This document shows, one piece after another, positions 61,396 to 64,000 of a stretch of DNA of 64,000 bases (its first letter is position 1; every line of letters begins with the position of its first letter). A model generated the notes under the pieces. It saw nothing but the letters and a program-made list of their open reading frames with translations, was not told the origin of the DNA and did not search any database. The translations under genes and the position numbers were made by a program. Source of the DNA: Candidatus Cloacimonadales bacterium (GTDB lineage: Bacteria > Cloacimonadota > Cloacimonadia > Cloacimonadales > JAFGVF01); assembly GCA_963662585.1 (NCBI GenBank), contig OY759729.1:1792001-1856000 (forward strand), read 5' to 3'.

Positions 61396-61428
61396 AAAAA
61401 AAAGAGTATTGGACTTTACCAATACTCT
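61396..61428 (-). terminator. Rho-independent terminator
   Basis: AGAGTATTGG...CCAATACTCT stem with an A tract on the plus strand. Confidence 0.75.
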
Positions 61429-61455
61429 AAAGTATGATAAATGTGGACAGATAAT

Positions 61456-62055
61456 TTATTTTTTTAACTTTACCACATAATTAAGCATTTTCTTATCTGA
61501 TTTATGAATATCATCACAGAACCATTGCTCTAAAATGTCAAATCTATCTCCTAACATTTTGATTACTTGTCTATGTTTGTAATAAGTAGAAAAGATTCCC
61601 TTTTCATCAAGCTTATCTCCTATACCTTCATAGAGAGAAAAGAAAAATACTCCTGAGAAGTTAATTTTATCCCAAAACTCTTGAAGTTGCTTATAAGTTA
61701 GATGCTGCATGGCAAGATTGCAGAAAAGATGCTTAATTTCGTAATCTCTGATATAAGAATTTACGAAATCAACATCAGAGAAGTCAATATATGAAAAGGG
61801 ACAGGCAAATCTGCTTCCGATCCATTCGTAAAATCCCAAGACATTATCACTGCCTTGAATGCTTTTCCCCTGACCAAACATATAAGTTAAGTTGTTTCCT
61901 GAACCTGTTCCTAATTCTAGAATCTTCTCTATTCCATCAACGAACTTAAGAAACTTCTCAACTCCTTCTTGATGGTAGTTGTTAAAAGTTTCTGCTATAT
62001 AATCTACACATATTCTATCGTAAATTTCCATGTTTTCTTCTATATTTTTTCTCAA
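61456..62055 (-). CDS. Class I SAM-dependent methyltransferase
   Basis: ILELGTGSG motif I. Confidence 0.7.
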   Translation of the reverse strand: MRKNIEENMEIYDRICVDYIAETFNNYHQEGVEKFLKFVDGIEKILELGTGSGNNLTYMFGQGKSIQGSDNVLGFYEWIGSRFACPFSYIDFSDVDFVNSYIRDYEIKHLFCNLAMQHLTYKQLQEFWDKINFSGVFFFSLYEGIGDKLDEKGIFSTYYKHRQVIKMLGDRFDILEQWFCDDIHKSDKKMLNYVVKLKK

Positions 62056-62280
62056 ACTCTATACCTCTTGGTTATTAATTATTATCAAGTCAATATTAGA
62101 TGCCATGCTCTGCTTCCCCCTCGAGTTTTCCTTTTAGACCGATTTATATAAGAATTTTCTTATTGTTTCCTGCTTCTCTGCTAACGCATGATCCCATTGG
62201 GATTTAAGAAATTATCATTGTTTGCACAATGATAAAAGGCAGGGATGCCCACATTCCCAGTTAATCTCAATTCTCAATTC

Positions 62281-63525
62281 TCAATTCTTAGATATTATAT
62301 CCTTGAAATTCAGGATCAAATTTAGTAACATACCTATAATAGCAGCAAGTCCTAATCCTTCTAATTGGAAAGTTCCATAAGCAAACTTTGCATTTCCTAA
62401 GCCAATAACTAACATAGATGCGGAAATGATAAGAATCTTAGGATTTGAGAAATCAACTTTAGCATCTATCATATTTTTGATACCTATAGACGAAATCATA
62501 CCAAATAAGAGGATTGAGATTCCGCCAATAACTGGTCCTGGAATAACTTTAATAATTTCTGTAAATTTAGGAATAAAAGCTAAAATAATAGCAAAAGTTG
62601 CAGCAATTCTCATAATCACAGGATTAGTATTGCCAGTTAAAGCTACTGCACCAGTGTTTTCGCTATAAGTAGTTAAAACAGGCCCACCAATTGAAGAAGA
62701 GATACAACTTGCTACTCCGTCCCCAAAAAGAGTTCTATGAATACCTGGTTTAGTTAAAAAGTCTTTTCCTGCTACATTTCCAATTGCTAACACATCACCA
62801 AAGTGTTCCACGATGGCCACTAAAGCTATAGGGACAGTTATTGAAAGTGCATTTATTGAGAATTTAGGAGTTGTTAAGCTTGGTAAGCCAAACCAACTAG
62901 CATTCTGTACGGCTGCCCAATCTATAAGTCCAAATATGGAAGATATGATAAATCCGAATACTAAAGAAATTAATACTGGCAACATTGAAAGAAACTTTAA
63001 ACCAATTTTCTCAAAATAGATTTTAACTATAACAGAAACGGCAAAAGTAGATAAAGCTAATAACCAGCATCCATTTGTGCCGATTGAAGCCATTAATCCA
63101 GGAGAGTTTGCCCCATTTGCATTAGAGATAGCGACAGGAGCAAGAATTAGACCTATCAAAACAATCATAGGACCAGTAACCCAGGCAGGTAAAATCTTAT
63201 GTAATGATTCTATACTGATAAAATTTAATAGTAAGCCTACCAGCATAAACATAACACCAGCCCCAAAGATTCCACCTAAGGCATAAGGCATTCCTGAACT
63301 GGCAGAGATGGCTTGAATAGCTGCTATAAAAGCAAAAGACGAACCTAAATAGATAGGGACCATATTTTTGGTAATTAAATGGAATATTAAAGTGCCGATA
63401 CCTGTGGCTAATAATGTAGCACCAATATCTAATCCTGTTAAAATTGGTACTAAAACTGTTGCTCCGAACATAACAAAAGTATGTTGCAAGCCCATTATAA
63501 TATTTCGCGAATTAAAATCTTTCAT
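62281..63525 (-). CDS. Uracil/xanthine permease (NCS2 family)
   Basis: GLQHTFVMFGATVLVP, YLGSSFAF, EHFGD, TTYSEN. Confidence 0.92.
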   Translation of the reverse strand: MKDFNSRNIIMGLQHTFVMFGATVLVPILTGLDIGATLLATGIGTLIFHLITKNMVPIYLGSSFAFIAAIQAISASSGMPYALGGIFGAGVMFMLVGLLLNFISIESLHKILPAWVTGPMIVLIGLILAPVAISNANGANSPGLMASIGTNGCWLLALSTFAVSVIVKIYFEKIGLKFLSMLPVLISLVFGFIISSIFGLIDWAAVQNASWFGLPSLTTPKFSINALSITVPIALVAIVEHFGDVLAIGNVAGKDFLTKPGIHRTLFGDGVASCISSSIGGPVLTTYSENTGAVALTGNTNPVIMRIAATFAIILAFIPKFTEIIKVIPGPVIGGISILLFGMISSIGIKNMIDAKVDFSNPKILIISASMLVIGLGNAKFAYGTFQLEGLGLAAIIGMLLNLILNFKDIISKN

Positions 63526-63779
63526 GATTACTCCCACGCTTTAATTTAAGATTAAGTATTTTTTAATTGAAATGAAATTCTGTCAATTGATAAATTTTGC
63601 AGAATTTTATCTTATTCTATAAATCTAAATTAAGCTTTAAAGAATAGATTTGACACAGAAGGCATGAAACTATTTGTGTAATGTAGTGAATCAGTAGAAA
63701 AATTGATTTGGAAAACAAAATATTAATAAAGCCCAATAATGCTACCTGGGTTTAGGAAAATAAGGAAGATATAGAGAAA

Positions 63780-63977
63780 ATGAGTATAGATAATACAAAA
63801 AGAATTAATATTGAGATTGGAAAGAAGGTAGAGCTTGTGCAGAAGCAAGATCAAAGAAGCGGAAAGCTAACTTCGGGTGTGGTCAAAAGAATTCTAACTA
63901 ATTCAGCTAATCACCCTCATGGTATAAAAGTCATGCTAGAATCTGGAATTGTTGGAAGAGTTAAGAATATTTTTTAA
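63780..63977 (+). CDS. YwbE family protein
   Basis: KQDQRSGKLT.G.V..ILT.S..HPHGIKV.L..G.VGRV. Confidence 0.9.
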   Translation: MSIDNTKRINIEIGKKVELVQKQDQRSGKLTSGVVKRILTNSANHPHGIKVMLESGIVGRVKNIF

Positions 63978-64000
63978 AGATAATAAATGAATTAAAAGAA

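Noticed and set aside
2664..63286. Numerous 60-113 aa ORFs overlapping or antisense to well-supported genes
   Set aside because: Shadow ORFs with no motifs or RBS
1..64000. tRNA, rRNA, riboswitch or prophage
   Set aside because: None recognisable by eye; a covariance-model scan would be needed to exclude small RNAs

Overview
AT-rich bacterial chromosomal segment from an anaerobe-like gene set; Cloacimonadota or another FCB-related lineage is a guess only. 1-21 kb is the tail of a surface-polysaccharide locus: fnlB/fnlC-type enzymes, GT4s, two CapK-like ligases, DUF354, wecB, a PIG-L/acyltransferase/FabH/SDR module, a sugar transferase, an epimerase and VanZ. Two GxxExxY genes interrupt it, each bracketed by its own inverted-repeat family (19-bp and 39-bp perfect terminal IRs). 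21.7-24.7 kb is a non-coding array of 12 copies of a 58-bp repeat separating two recurring hairpin-rich modules (A-B-A-B-B-A-B-A-B-A-B). The same repeat and modules recur, reshuffled, at 46-49 kb (split by an intact IS4-like element with 15-bp TIRs and a 6-bp TSD) and at 57 kb. The rest is housekeeping and accessory genes: RNB ribonuclease, arcA, efp, histidine kinases, a selenium cluster whose selD has an in-frame UGA, znuACB, ptb, a sigma factor, LysM/M23, LytS/LytTR, an ars-type operon, pabABC, lepA, a chromate-transporter pair inside ~137-bp inverted repeats, murA, mnmA and transporters. The best candidate for an undescribed system is the REP/REPIN-like modular repeat network together with the GxxExxY putative nuclease genes. 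All calls are from manual reading; no database searches were run.
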